DNA of 61,791 nt, the filler included, from Asterionella formosa (lineage: Eukaryota): the NCBI GenBank assembly GCA_002256025.1. It is 4 parts of 4 records of this genome, joined end to end, with 100 filler letters (N's around TTAATTAATTAA, not from the genome) between each part and the next. Parts side by side here need not be neighbours in the genome. Positions count along the whole stretch, not along the records: positions 46,441 to 61,791 come from NKIB01005483.1; 3 more parts are not named here. The stretch is one strand, 5' to 3'. Every line of letters starts with the position of its first letter. The stretch's first letter is position 1. A program made the translations under genes and the position numbers. Under the pieces are notes generated by a model. That model was not told the origin of the DNA, made no database searches, and worked only from the letters and a program-made list of their open reading frames with translations. Positions 49,112-60,816 of the stretch are shown here, piece by piece.

Positions 49112-51253
49112 ATGAAGCTCCTTCATGCCATTGTTCACGTTCTTGCCACATCCATTGTGGCAGAATCGTCACTTATCAATTTCAACACAGATGAGGAAAA
49201 AGGTGGGACACAGCCAAATGAGGTTCACCCTTCCTTGCGAGGCTTGCTGGCGACAGTTGCACTATCAGACATATCCTCCTGTCAGTCAGGGTCCTATTTA
49301 GATCAGAATTTTGAATGTACTCAGGCATGCAACAATAACAGGGTGCAGTTGTTTGGAAAGGTCTACTCTTGCAGCCTCACTACCGATTTAACTGTCACAG
49401 GTACTTCATACAGGATTATTCCAAAACGCATTGTTGGATTGACTAGCCTGACCAATTTGGATTTGAGTTCAAACAACCTAAAAGGAATGATTCCTACTGA
49501 ATTGGGAAAGTTGACTGGGTTGAAGAATTTGGACTTGAGTCAAAACAATCTTGAAGGATCAATCCCAAGGGAATTAAGCAAGTTATCTCTCTTGACCGCA
49601 CTCAATTTGAGTCGTAACAAACACTTTGTGGGACGAATTCCTACCGAAATGGGCAAGTTGACAAAGCTGACTGAATTGGATTTGAGTCATAACTATTTTG
49701 ATCCGGAGGCAATCCCTACAGAGCTGGGGAAGCTGAGTCGGCTCACAAGGATTGATTTGAGTAATAATGTCCATTCAGGTATCATTCCTACAGAATTTGG
49801 TAAACTTACCAGTCTGACATTCCTGAGCTTAAGTGGAAACCTCCTTTTTGGATCCATTCCTTCTGAATTGGGTTCTTTGAGTATGTTAGTTTCCCTGCAT
49901 TTGAAGGCAAACATTCTTCAAGGACCCTTTCCAATTGGAATACTTCGCCAGATCAAAAATCTTGCCATCTTGGATTTGAGCCATAACTCTTTCTCAAGAT
50001 TTAATTCTGCATTTCCGTTGTCCTCTTTGGGATACTTGGACTTGAGTCACAACCGCTTTGCTGGTGGTGCACTTCCTATTCATTGGTCAAAGCTGACCTA
50101 CATGGACATGAGTCACAACTTTTGGAACTTGGCAATACCATCAGAATTGGGGCAGCTAACAATGTTGTCGTTCTTGGATTTGAGCAATGCGAACTTTTCA
50201 GGTCGTGTTTCACCCCACCTAGGCAACTTGACCCAACTCACCACCTTGGATTTGAGTGCTAACGTCTTGACGGGAGCACTTCCTCCTGATTTGGAAAAGT
50301 TGACCAAGCTGAAGAGCATTGACTTGGAAGATAACCACTTTCGCGGTGCAATTCCTTTTCAACTAGGAGAATTGACGGATTTGAGCACCATGGATTTGAG
50401 TGGAAACAGGTTTAACTTGAACATTCCAACTACATTTGGCAAATTGGTTAAGCTAACCGCCCTGGATTTGAGTGAAAATCGATTGGCAAGAGGGATTCCT
50501 AGTTCCTTGTCGAATTTGAAAAATTTGGAATTCCTTGATCTTCATTCTAACAGGCTGCTCCATGGAGTTCCAAAATGGTTGTCAAGTTTCACCAATCTGG
50601 TTGCCTTGGACTTGAGTAATAACAATTATCTTGGGGGTACAATTCCTACTGAGATGAAAACATTGTCCCATCTGGTCTCTATGAATTTGGCTAATACTCG
50701 GATTTATGGCTCAATCCCAAGTCAGATTGGTCAACTGTCTCAAATGAACCATTTGGATTTGTCTAACAATGCATTGACTTCCTCCCTTCCTACTGAGTTG
50801 AACAACTTGGTGCAGTTGTCTTATTTGAATCTTGCAAACAACCATATTGCACAAGCGTCAACTTTGTCATTGTACCAGTTGAAAGAGCTAGAATTTTTGG
50901 ATTTGAGTACCAACCAATTTGCAACATCAATGCCTGCCACGCTTGGTAGCTTGACTCATTTGACTTACTTGAGTCTTGCTAACAACGATTTTAAGAAATC
51001 TATTCCGATCACATTGGGCAATCTAGCACTGATTTCCTTTTTGGATTTGAGTAACAACCTTTTGAGCGGAAAGGTTCCTACGCAACTGAGCAAGTTGCTG
51101 GAATTGGAAACCTTGAATTTGCAAGATAATTCTTTGACTGGTTCCATTCCATCCGCCATTTGTTCGATTTCTTCATTGAATGCACTCCACAGAGACTGTG
51201 AGGTGGCATGTAGTTGTTGCCATGACTCTGATCCTAATTTCGAGTGTACATAA
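49112..51253 (+). CDS. Secreted leucine-rich-repeat protein (24 plant-type LRRs, no TM or kinase)
   Basis: ATG at 49112 (MKLLHAIVHVLATSIVA signal peptide), SLRG motif, Cys N-cap, 24 repeats of LxxLxxLDLSxNxLxGxIPxELGx, C-cap DCEVACSCC. Confidence 0.92.
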   Translation: MKLLHAIVHVLATSIVAESSLINFNTDEEKGGTQPNEVHPSLRGLLATVALSDISSCQSGSYLDQNFECTQACNNNRVQLFGKVYSCSLTTDLTVTGTSYRIIPKRIVGLTSLTNLDLSSNNLKGMIPTELGKLTGLKNLDLSQNNLEGSIPRELSKLSLLTALNLSRNKHFVGRIPTEMGKLTKLTELDLSHNYFDPEAIPTELGKLSRLTRIDLSNNVHSGIIPTEFGKLTSLTFLSLSGNLLFGSIPSELGSLSMLVSLHLKANILQGPFPIGILRQIKNLAILDLSHNSFSRFNSAFPLSSLGYLDLSHNRFAGGALPIHWSKLTYMDMSHNFWNLAIPSELGQLTMLSFLDLSNANFSGRVSPHLGNLTQLTTLDLSANVLTGALPPDLEKLTKLKSIDLEDNHFRGAIPFQLGELTDLSTMDLSGNRFNLNIPTTFGKLVKLTALDLSENRLARGIPSSLSNLKNLEFLDLHSNRLLHGVPKWLSSFTNLVALDLSNNNYLGGTIPTEMKTLSHLVSMNLANTRIYGSIPSQIGQLSQMNHLDLSNNALTSSLPTELNNLVQLSYLNLANNHIAQASTLSLYQLKELEFLDLSTNQFATSMPATLGSLTHLTYLSLANNDFKKSIPITLGNLALISFLDLSNNLLSGKVPTQLSKLLELETLNLQDNSLTGSIPSAICSISSLNALHRDCEVACSCCHDSDPNFECT

Positions 51254-52015
51254 GGCAAGGGAGTTTACGGATGACATCAGCGCCCTTTATACACAAATAC
51301 ATTCCTTCTTTGTTAGTTTTTGTGGGATGGACTGGCCTGCCTTAAGTATTGACCACCATCCCAGTACATGATTTATTTCACTTTTCCTTGACCTCTCTAC
51401 ACTCACAGCTGCATTGACTCATGTTTTTGTCTGGAGTGGTGTCCAGTAATTGGAGTTGATAAAGCAAAACAAATAGTAGTATACCGGTATTTTTTTATTT
51501 CAATATACCGTATTTGTCTTTCAAAATAATAGCCAAGCATATAATATCAATGACCTTTGGTATGTACATAATGTTCCTGATAAGAAATACATAGGATCTA
51601 CAGTTTTCTACACAAAATCGAGCATACTCAGTACCATTAGGTCTATGGTGGTGCAATGTGGTTCAGCGACAATATGACGTCAGCAAGGAGTCATTTTGAA
51701 ATTATATTACTGTGGTGGTTCGCTACTATCCTCCGTTTTCTTGAGGCAAACAATCTTGGTATTCTTTCGGGCACCGTAATATACTAGGAGATGGCCTTAT
51801 TTAGTTGAAAATTCATTACCGGTACCTCATTACCGGTACCTCCTTACCGGTACCTGGTAGTAATCTGTGTGATTTAAAATACTTAGAGTAGTTTATTAGT
51901 AGTTTACCGGTGGTAAATCTGTGATGAATGGACCATTATATATATGTACGTGGTAGGCTACGGCCGCTGACTACTACAAAATACAGATCTTACATGAATC
52001 TGATCGTGATCATAT

Positions 52016-55000
52016 CGTCTGTAAATAAAAAACCGTTAGGCCTAACAGTTTTGCTGTAAGACCAACTGCCCCAACAATTCTCAGTATGACGTATCATTTT
52101 TTGATTGATCATTAAATAAAACTGATTGATCATACAGAAATATTGATTGATCATACAAAAAAACTGATTGACATCAACTAACGTTTTGGTGTTCGATCTA
52201 CTAGCTAAAGATGGTAATCCTGAGATCAAATCAGTTATTCATTCGGTCTAACCTTTGGAATGCTAATATCAAATAGAATTTTTAGCTTTCGATCTAATGT
52301 TCATTACTACTGATCTAACTTATTTCTCTCATAGATCATACCTATTATCATGTTCGATCAATGATGAACACAAATCGAATTAAATGGATTGATATTTAAC
52401 ACTCAAATATTCTAGCCTACTTCTGGTCACCATACTTTCCACTGTGCATCCTCTATCAGAATGAGCACACAGTGGTCTTCAATACCTCAATTTTCACTTC
52501 TTCCGGTAGCTATGTTTAGATCATTGCCTCTTCAAAATGAAATGAGAGAGTAAACGAAATTGATGATGCTTTATTCGAACCTCTACCATTGCGAATGGCA
52601 GCAAGTCACATTCTCCAATGTTCTTGTACAACTTTCCTGTCCGAGATAATACCAACAATGTTAGCAAAACTGTTGTTTGTTATGTGGAATAGAATGCATT
52701 ACCGGCATGAGATCTTTTAACAATATCTCAACATTTCCTCTTCTTCAAAAAGTATGTATAACATACATCTCTGTATGTCTTGTAACTTTTTCGAAGGAAC
52801 ATTTAATACCCTACCAGTATGTATGATTAGATAAAATATACAAGACTTAACAGGAATTCGAATACCCGGTACTGTGAAACTGTACCTATTACTACGCTGG
52901 TACTGTGAAACTGTAGGTTTGCCCTACCAGCATTCCCTTCTTCCCCTTGTCTCAATACCCGGTTGGAACATGATGTGGCTACAGTGAAACTGTACCTATT
53001 ACTATGCTGGTACTGTGAAACTGTAGGTTTGCCCTACCAGCATTCCCTTCTTCCCCTTGTCTCAATACCCGGTTGGAACATGACATGGCTAAAGTGAAAC
53101 TGTACCTATGGCTAAAGTGACACTGTACCTATGACTAAGCTGGTCATACTATGAAACTGTAACTTTGCGCTACCAATCTAATGTCTATGACTGAGTATGT
53201 TGGTGCTGCATTGCTTCCGATCCAGCACTTGCCCACTGTATAATCCTATAGTTGACAGACCATTATCCCTTTCTGCTTCCTTGTTCTGTTACAGTCACGT
53301 TTTTCTTGCAACTTGACATTTGCACGCTATCGATAGTGCCATATATCACTTGTTATCTGGAATGGCAAATGTTCCATTTGCTACAAAGAATGGAACGATC
53401 TTGGTTGTGAAGGGGATACCGATCGCAGATTTTTCAATCAGGAAAAACCTGTTTCTATGGAGTTTTTCATGTCTGTTCAAGAGACAATGGAAGAGTAAGG
53501 AACGACTCTTACTGGTTAGATACTTTAATCATGATGACAAAGGCAAGGAGAAGAGGAGACTAGATGACAGTGTCCTGGATTTTGTTCTCAACAAATTCTA
53601 TATGGTCCTAGAGTCTGGCTTGTTTAAAAAAACATTTGAAATTTCAAGGAAATTTCGGAATCATATAGGACCAGCGATGATTTTATGGAAAACTCACTTT
53701 CCATGAGATTTTAGACTACATCAGAAAGAAAACAATATGCCACCAAATGCACCCATGAACTACATCCAGACTGGCGACCATGTCCTGTTTCAATAATTCC
53801 AACTCGTTACTGCTGGATAAATGGGATAAATCATTTTCCTCCTTGACCTGTTCTTTATTTACTTTCCCAATCACTCCTACAATTTCGGAACTCTTTGGTG
53901 ACAAGTCAAGGACTGCTTCTTCCGGATTGGCAGCCATGTCTGGAGTTGCCTTTAATTAACATTTTGTTTTTGCTTTGGAAGGGGGAGATTTTATATCAAG
54001 TCTATCAAATTTGATAGACTCAATTAGACACTCTGAAGAAAGTCTATGGGATTAGGCTGTCCTATATAGTGCCTCTGATGTTGCCGATAAAGAGATTTCT
54101 TAAAACAATGGGATAGTACAATGTTATTAAGCAAAGTTACGATTGTTATTTCGAACCTCCTGCTATTCAAGGTTCATGTAATGCTACTATTTCCTGAATG
54201 AAATGAAGCTACTACTTCCTGATTAGTGCTGATGTTGCGGCTCTAATTCTGCAGCATACAAACGTGCTCGCCAATAGCTAGTCAATGAGAATGGAAGACC
54301 AATGATTAAGGCCATGAGCAACAAACTGCGCCGCCATCTGGTCCATCTTCACTTCGATCCACATATCATCTTGAAGAATAGATTCGAAATACGGATCGAT
54401 GTTCGCAATGGGCGAATTATGATCAAAAGGTACTATCTTCTTGATTTCGGTTGGAATTGGAATTGGGTATGGCCCACAATGCATCGTTCTCCAATTCTGT
54501 CGTATAAATTAACCAAAGCTTTTGATTTCGAGTAACAAACAAACAATCAAACTTCGCCAGCATAATTCCCCAACAATATCGAGACCATATCATTCGTTAT
54601 CAGACTGAGATCATCGTCGTCCTCGCAAGAAGGTAGCTCGTAAGGGATTCAACGAACGCACATGGCTTTTATGAAATTCGATTACTGATATGCGAATGGA
54701 GAGATAAGAATGACAAATAGTACTACCGGTACAAGAATTTGATCAAAGCATGTACCGGTAGAGCATTCAAATCAGAATGGCAACAAGGAACACATCGTTG
54801 TTGCACAGAATTCATTCTGATAGCATCGTTCGGTACAAGGTTTACATACACGTAAGGTGATTTGTGTAAAGTCATAACCTTCGCTAAAACAATAAATGAT
54901 CAAATAACATCAGCTATTGATCAATCAAACAACGTATCAATATATCAAAGCATTTGCTTAGCATATTAGTTTTGATAACTAATATAAATGACTTCTATCT

Positions 55001-55360
55001 ATGCGTAACCTGGCCCTGACGTGTGTAAGAAAGTAATCTGACAAACAAATTTGATTGACCACACCGACACGGTCATTGATATATCAAAATTATCATTAAC
55101 ATATCACAAAATTTGTTCAATATATCAACAATTTTGGTTAACCGATTAGATTTGGTAACTAATATATACGAGTTCTTATATACGCATAACCTAACGTGTG
55201 TATGTTACTGAGCTAATGTACAAATTTGATTGATCATACAGACACTGCCGTTGATACATCAAAATTATCATCAACATGTCAAAATGTTTGAATGATCAAT
55301 CAGTTTTTAAACGTATTCTGAGTAAAACGTTAGATCTACTGGAAAATCTATTCACAGACG
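52016..55360. mobile_element. Complete 3345-bp non-autonomous TIR element with CGTCTG...CAGACG ends
   Basis: Imperfect ~45-bp TIR (CGTCTGTAAATA / CGTCTGTGAATA ... CTAAC-GTTTT), AT on both flanks, TGATTGATCAT subterminal repeats at both ends, no intact ORF. Confidence 0.8.
52868..53165. repeat. Tandem repeat (~113-bp unit with GTGAAACTGTA subunits)
   Basis: Two near-identical units plus partial copies inside the TIR element. Confidence 0.9.
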
Positions 55361-56684
55361 ATGTAGCAAAGACAATATCACTATGGTAGTGCAGGCAGTA
55401 GCACGGATTTTACATAAAGGTAGTCTGATGGTGCAATTTTGGCTTCTCTAAGTAACAGTGATGGAATCGGTGGTGCAATTGTGGTGCAAATGCCAATGGG
55501 CAGTTGAATTTACAAATAGTTCTTCCTGTTTCATCCCGTTTTGGGAAAAGTCCTGGTAGTCTAATTCTGACACTGCCGTAGTCTAATTCTGACACTGCCA
55601 TACTTCCCCGGCCCAATAGAGTGCATTTCAAATTGAAATCCGAAATGGTGGTTGTTGCCTTGTATGGTTTCAAATGTATTGTAAAACAATTTTTATTGCA
55701 CAGAATTATACTTACAAAATTATGAAATAATTATTTTAAATATTCATTGTACATATCAATCGATTCTGACATAATCATCATGACAGACTGGGGATGACGA
55801 CTACGAGAATGGGATCCAGAATATTCTGAAATCATGCAATACTTCCGCGATGGTATGTTTGGCGCCTCTCAGTTTCGTGGTCCTAATCAGCATCCATTAA
55901 ATTCAGAGAGAATCAGGACCTCACAGGATGGATGCTGGGCAGCCAAATTTACTGATGATGCTTTTCGTACCAGCATGGCCAAAATGGTTGACCAACCTCA
56001 GATTGATAACAATTGTTGAGAAGAAATGATAGATATTCATATATGTACATGCATGTACGAGACTACTAGTGTGTGAGTATTGGTACTGTGTATTTGTATC
56101 ATCTGTTATACGGGTACCGATATGCTGCACAGATATTTTTCTATGCAAAAGTATGTATGCGATTGATTTAATTTTAAGGTTTGCAGCCCTGCAGTTACAA
56201 ATCAAGAAGTCTGTTTTTTCCAAAATATTTTTATGATTTACTTCAATCTACATACTGGTAGTATGTACAACTGAATAAGATAGTTCAAGGAAAAATTAGT
56301 TCACCAATACAACCTCTTTTCATATGCTTAGATACAGTCATTGCTCGATTAAGGGGTATTATCTATATTCAAATATGGTAAGGACCTCATTTCCGGAGAA
56401 AAGTGGCAGTTATCTTTCTTGGAATCGTCACTATCCAAAAAAGGGTTACGAAGCTTATAAAAAATCTACGAAGGATAACTGCCACTTCTCTCCTTAATTT
56501 AACTCCTGACATTATAGGGTGCAAGGCTATCTATTTTATTTTTCATCAATATGTCTACATACAGCAACGTAGATATAAAAAACCTTTAGATATATCATTT
56601 TTTAAATGGAACTCTATCAATCTGGAGCCAATTCCTATTTAATTCAAATTTTCAAATGGACACTCGAATCATGGGAATTCCTAG

Positions 56685-57840
56685 AAACAAAATCCTTGTT
56701 TCCTGCCGTTTTAACAACCATAGAGACATTTTCTCCAAACTAGCTAGGGTTAAGCTGGGGCTGAAACCTTAAATCATGCCCGTCATAGAGATACCTATAT
56801 ATGTTGCACAGATATTTTAGCATGTAAACATACATACCAGTATAAAATTGATTTGAATTTAAATCATGTCCATCATAGTGATACTATATATGTTGCAAGG
56901 ATATTTCTTTATGTAAACGCACTATGTATAGTATGATTGATTTGAATTTCAATTATGTCCATCATAGGGATAGGTTTATGGTCGTTCTTAGAGGCAGAGT
57001 GACATTGGTATATCCAAAGGTGATGGAGGGAACGCAAGAACACGTTCTCGTACAAACAGCAAGGTGACATTGTTGGTTTCTATTTGTGATGGAGGGTACG
57101 GAATAACACGTTCTCGTAAAAAAGGTGACATTGGTATCTATTCTTGTCACCTCGTACTTAGGCTAGATCACGTCCTTGTACAAACAAGGTGACATTGGTA
57201 TCTATTTGTGATGGAGGATACGCAATAACATGTTCTCGTACAAACAAAATCCTTGTTTCCTGCCGTTTTAACAACCATAGAGACATTTTCTCCAAACTAG
57301 CTAGGGTTAAGCTGGGGCTGAAACCTTAAATCATGCCCATCATAGAGATACCTATATATGTTGCACAGATATTTTAGCATGCAAACGTACATACCAGTAT
57401 AAAATTGATTTGAATTTAAATCATGTCCATCATAGTGATACTATATTTGTTGCAAGGATATTTCTTTATGTAAACGCACTATGTATAGTATGATTGATTT
57501 GAATTTCAATTATGTCCATCATAGGGATAGGTTTATGGTCGTTCTTAGAGGCAGAGTGACATTGGTATATCCAAAGGTGATGGAGGGAACGCAAGAACAC
57601 GTTCTCGTACAAACAGCAAGGTGACATTGTTGGTTTCTATTTGTGATGGAGGGTACGGAATAACACGTTCTCGTAAAAAAGGTGACATTGGTATCTATTC
57701 TTGTCACCTCGTACTTAGGCTAGATCACGTCCTTGTACAAACAAGGTGACATTGGTATCTATTTGTGATGGAGGATACGCAATAACATGTTCTCGTACAA
57801 ACAAGGTGACATTGGTATCTATTGTCACCTCGTACTTGGT
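56685..57840. repeat. 557-bp tandem duplication built from ~88-bp and ~60-bp sub-repeats
   Basis: 56685-57241 is nearly identical to 57242-57798; AAACAA microhomology at the junction. Confidence 0.95.
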
Positions 57841-57899
57841 TCAAAAGCAAGAACAAACGAGCGAAACATTGTTATCTGTAATCTGATCTATTGGCAATC

Positions 57900-59459
57900 A
57901 TTTCTAACCAGAAAATATGATATGTAATTTTTAAGTAGCAGGATATATATTCATGTTAATAAGGATCAGAAAAGCACAAAATTGTTATTTGTGATCTTAT
58001 TTTATTGGCAATCATTTCTAACCAGAAAATATGATCAGTAATTCATAAAGTTTGATTCGTCTATCCTACACATTTGATCAAAGCAGAAAAACGATGTAAA
58101 TGATATGAGAAAAGGAATCATCTAATTATTTTATTATTTGCACCTTATGAAAATATTGTGTGTCTCGCGCTTATTGAGGGGCTTAATTCAATCACTTACT
58201 TGTAGGGACAAGAATTGATACGGAAAAAATTAAAAAACAGTACATCAGTTGTAAAAAACATTGATATCCTCGTGCATTGTATATATTTGAATTAATAACA
58301 AGCTTAATTGATGATAGTATACACAGTCTGTATTTGTTTATACGTTTAGCCTATACAGCATTTGAAATAATGTTTAGAGGTTCCTTGTTACGCATACTGG
58401 TAACACATGATACTGAAATGAAAGATCACCTCAGCCATCATGAGAAAAGAAAAAATGAAAGAACGACGCTACAACGCAAACAATGATGATAAACCTTACG
58501 GCTTACAAGGATTGAAAAAAGAAAAGAAAAGTAAACTGAATCTAGCCATGGTATGTCAAGAGCACATGCCAAGGTGATCAATTGTTGGGTTCACAGAGGC
58601 TAAACTTTTGCTTTCCTTCCTCCCTAGCAGTTCAACAGCAAATTTGCTTTCGGTGGGACGACATCACCAAGAATGTCGACAAAACAAATTTGGTAAATGC
58701 TCTTGTTGGATCAATGAAAAACTATTAGAATATCACTCAAAACGTTTTGTTGTAATTTATAAATTAATTGGTGGAACGGTTTATTGATGTCAACTTATAC
58801 AATATTCGACTGAACAAATTATTTTACTGAATTATGCGAAAAGTTCATCGACATGCATCTGGTAAGTGAAACATGATAAAATAGGACTGCAGTGGTGAGC
58901 TATAAACAAAATATGGCTTACGAGCGAGTATTTCCTTCTCATTGTTAGTATGATTAGGAAATCAAAATGTATAAAACAGGAACGGAATAGCGCATGCGAA
59001 TTCAGAATCGGATCAAAAGAAAATGGGATTTGCAGCAAGTAGTTAAGTTTCAGAATCAGAATTGAAGGGAGGCGGGGGAGGCATGCATCCTTAAGATCAT
59101 CGAAGGGAGGCAGAGGGGGAGGGGGGGGGGGCTTTGATTCTCAAGACCATTGAAGGGAGGTGGTGGGGCGTTGGGCATGCAGCATAAAAATCAATTCGTG
59201 GTATAACAGTAAAATTACAATCCATTTCAACATATTGTCAACTGCTATTTCGATTAGAGTTACCATCATGTAAGGATAGATATATGATGAAAGAATGTAC
59301 ATCATAGGATAAAGTTTTGATTATTATAAGTATGCTTAACCTGTTCACTTTCACAGTATGCATTTATCATACATATTAATTATTATAGGGAGAAAAATTC
59401 TGTGACAGTTATCGTATGACACCTTATCTTATAAGTGCAATATTTTTTATTTGTAGACA
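57900..59459 (+). mobile_element. Diverged family A copy
   Basis: Collinear matches to 27880-29480 (AGGGGCTTAATT.., GTCAAGAGCA.ATGCCAAG.TGATCAATTG, G-rich tract) and a degenerate end TTTTTATTTGTAGACA. Left boundary approximate. Confidence 0.7.
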
Positions 59460-59627
59460 CGAGTTGCCTTCCTCCAAGCAGTGTGCTGGCTTGCCCATAA
59501 CGCTGCGGCTAAGACGATCACCTTTCGCAAAAGATGGGTGCGGACTCGCCTATGTTGCTTAACAAGACTAGGGAAGCACACAGTCTTGTTGGCAGGCCGT
59601 TGTGCTATGAAATTCTACGTGTACCTG

Positions 59628-59798
59628 CATGGTCTTAGAAAGCGCATTACAAGTTAGTTTCAAATTTTGAAACACTTGTTACTCCATGGTCTTAGAAAGC
59701 GCATTACATGTTAGTTTCAAATTTTTTAAACACGTGTAACTCCATGGTCTTAGAAAGCGCATTACAAGTTGCTTAGTTTCAAATTTTTTAAACACTTG
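59628..59798. repeat. Three ~57-bp tandem units
   Basis: CATGGTCTTAGAAAGCGCATTACA... at 59628, 59685 and 59743. Confidence 0.95.
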
Positions 59799-60085
59799 AT
59801 ATGGAGTGTTGGCAATTTGGGTATTCGCTTCCCTCATATGAAGAATGATCAGGATGGATCAAAAACTACAAGCCCAGGTATGTGTACACAAATCCTGAAG
59901 ACTTGACTGTGTGGCCAATCGCTACTTTGTTTGAGTAAATGCTTGAGTGTTTACCCAGCAGATATTATCCAAAAATCCTGAAGGGCCACTATTTCCAGAT
60001 GTAAATCAAGAGGATTGTTTAGAAAGATTCACAAGCAAACTTTCACAAAGCATGAGGGGAACTTCTCATCATAGCATTTACAAGG
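59799..60085 (+). pseudogene. CryptonS-type tyrosine recombinase relic
   Basis: Across frameshifts: IWSVGNLGIRFPHMKNDQDGSK / KPRYVYTNPEDLTVWPI..LFE* / NPEGPLFP..NQ / GTSHHSIYK. This follows the stramenopile Crypton YR pattern W..D.L...F...K.DQ.G..PRH.YANP...CP...LFPG...GTHS.RKG. Confidence 0.7.
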
Positions 60086-60483
60086 TAAAGGTGGAACACA
60101 GCAGCAGTATCCATACTTGAAACAATTGGTTGTAGGTGCTGCTCAGAACTGACTTATAGTACTGGAATAGTTTGATTTACATTTACGTTTGATATAATAT
60201 TAGGTGGCATGTATGCTTTTGAAACTACCAGCATATAATCATCAGCATACTGGTACATGGTACCTGGTACTCCGCCCTCTGGGCGAAAACAATTGTGTCA
60301 AATGTTCAAATTTATCTGGGGCCATTTTGACTTGTAAGATTTTCTCCGGCTCAATAACCCTAATGAGCACAATTACTACATAAGCTACAGATCCATGTAT
60401 AGTATATCATATGTGGTTGGTTAAAATTTGGCAACTACCGTTATGTATCGAAAAACTTTTTTGAGCTTTTTCGATGTTCACTT

Positions 60484-60816
60484 ATGGCTACTATCTCGAG
60501 AAAAATGCAGGAGATGCATGAGGACCCATTTTTCTTCGAACCATCTACTCTCAGTATACATACAAAGTACGACATAACAGTAGAACCACGGCAACTTGCG
60601 TTCAATTATGGAATACACAACCCCGAAAGAAGTGTTCAGGATGGGAAGGAAGAAAACGACAGTATGCTTGTTTTTGAGGAATGTAACCATAAGATATGCG
60701 GCAGTATGGTCCATCTAAATGTAGCAACTGTAGAAAGTATACCAAACGACAGTTATTCTGTTCACATCATAATTATGATAGTGACAAGTTGTTTTCGGTT
60801 TCCCGCCAATATTTGA
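60484..60816 (+). CDS. Hypothetical 110-aa ORF (possible gene fragment)
   Basis: ATG-initiated ORF with plausible composition and a palindrome cluster upstream (60247-60270); no recognisable domain. Confidence 0.25.
   Translation: MATISRKMQEMHEDPFFFEPSTLSIHTKYDITVEPRQLAFNYGIHNPERSVQDGKEENDSMLVFEECNHKICGSMVHLNVATVESIPNDSYSVHIIIMIVTSCFRFPANI

Noticed and set aside
56990..57840. CRISPR-like array (GGTGACATTGG repeats); likewise 52868-53165 and 59628-59798
   Set aside because: The intervening sequences are themselves repeated rather than unique spacers; eukaryotic context and no cas genes.
59628..59660. HGLRK (YR HxxR-like) peptide in the 57-bp tandem unit next to the Crypton relic
   Set aside because: Wrong order relative to the other YR motifs and followed by a stop; probably chance.
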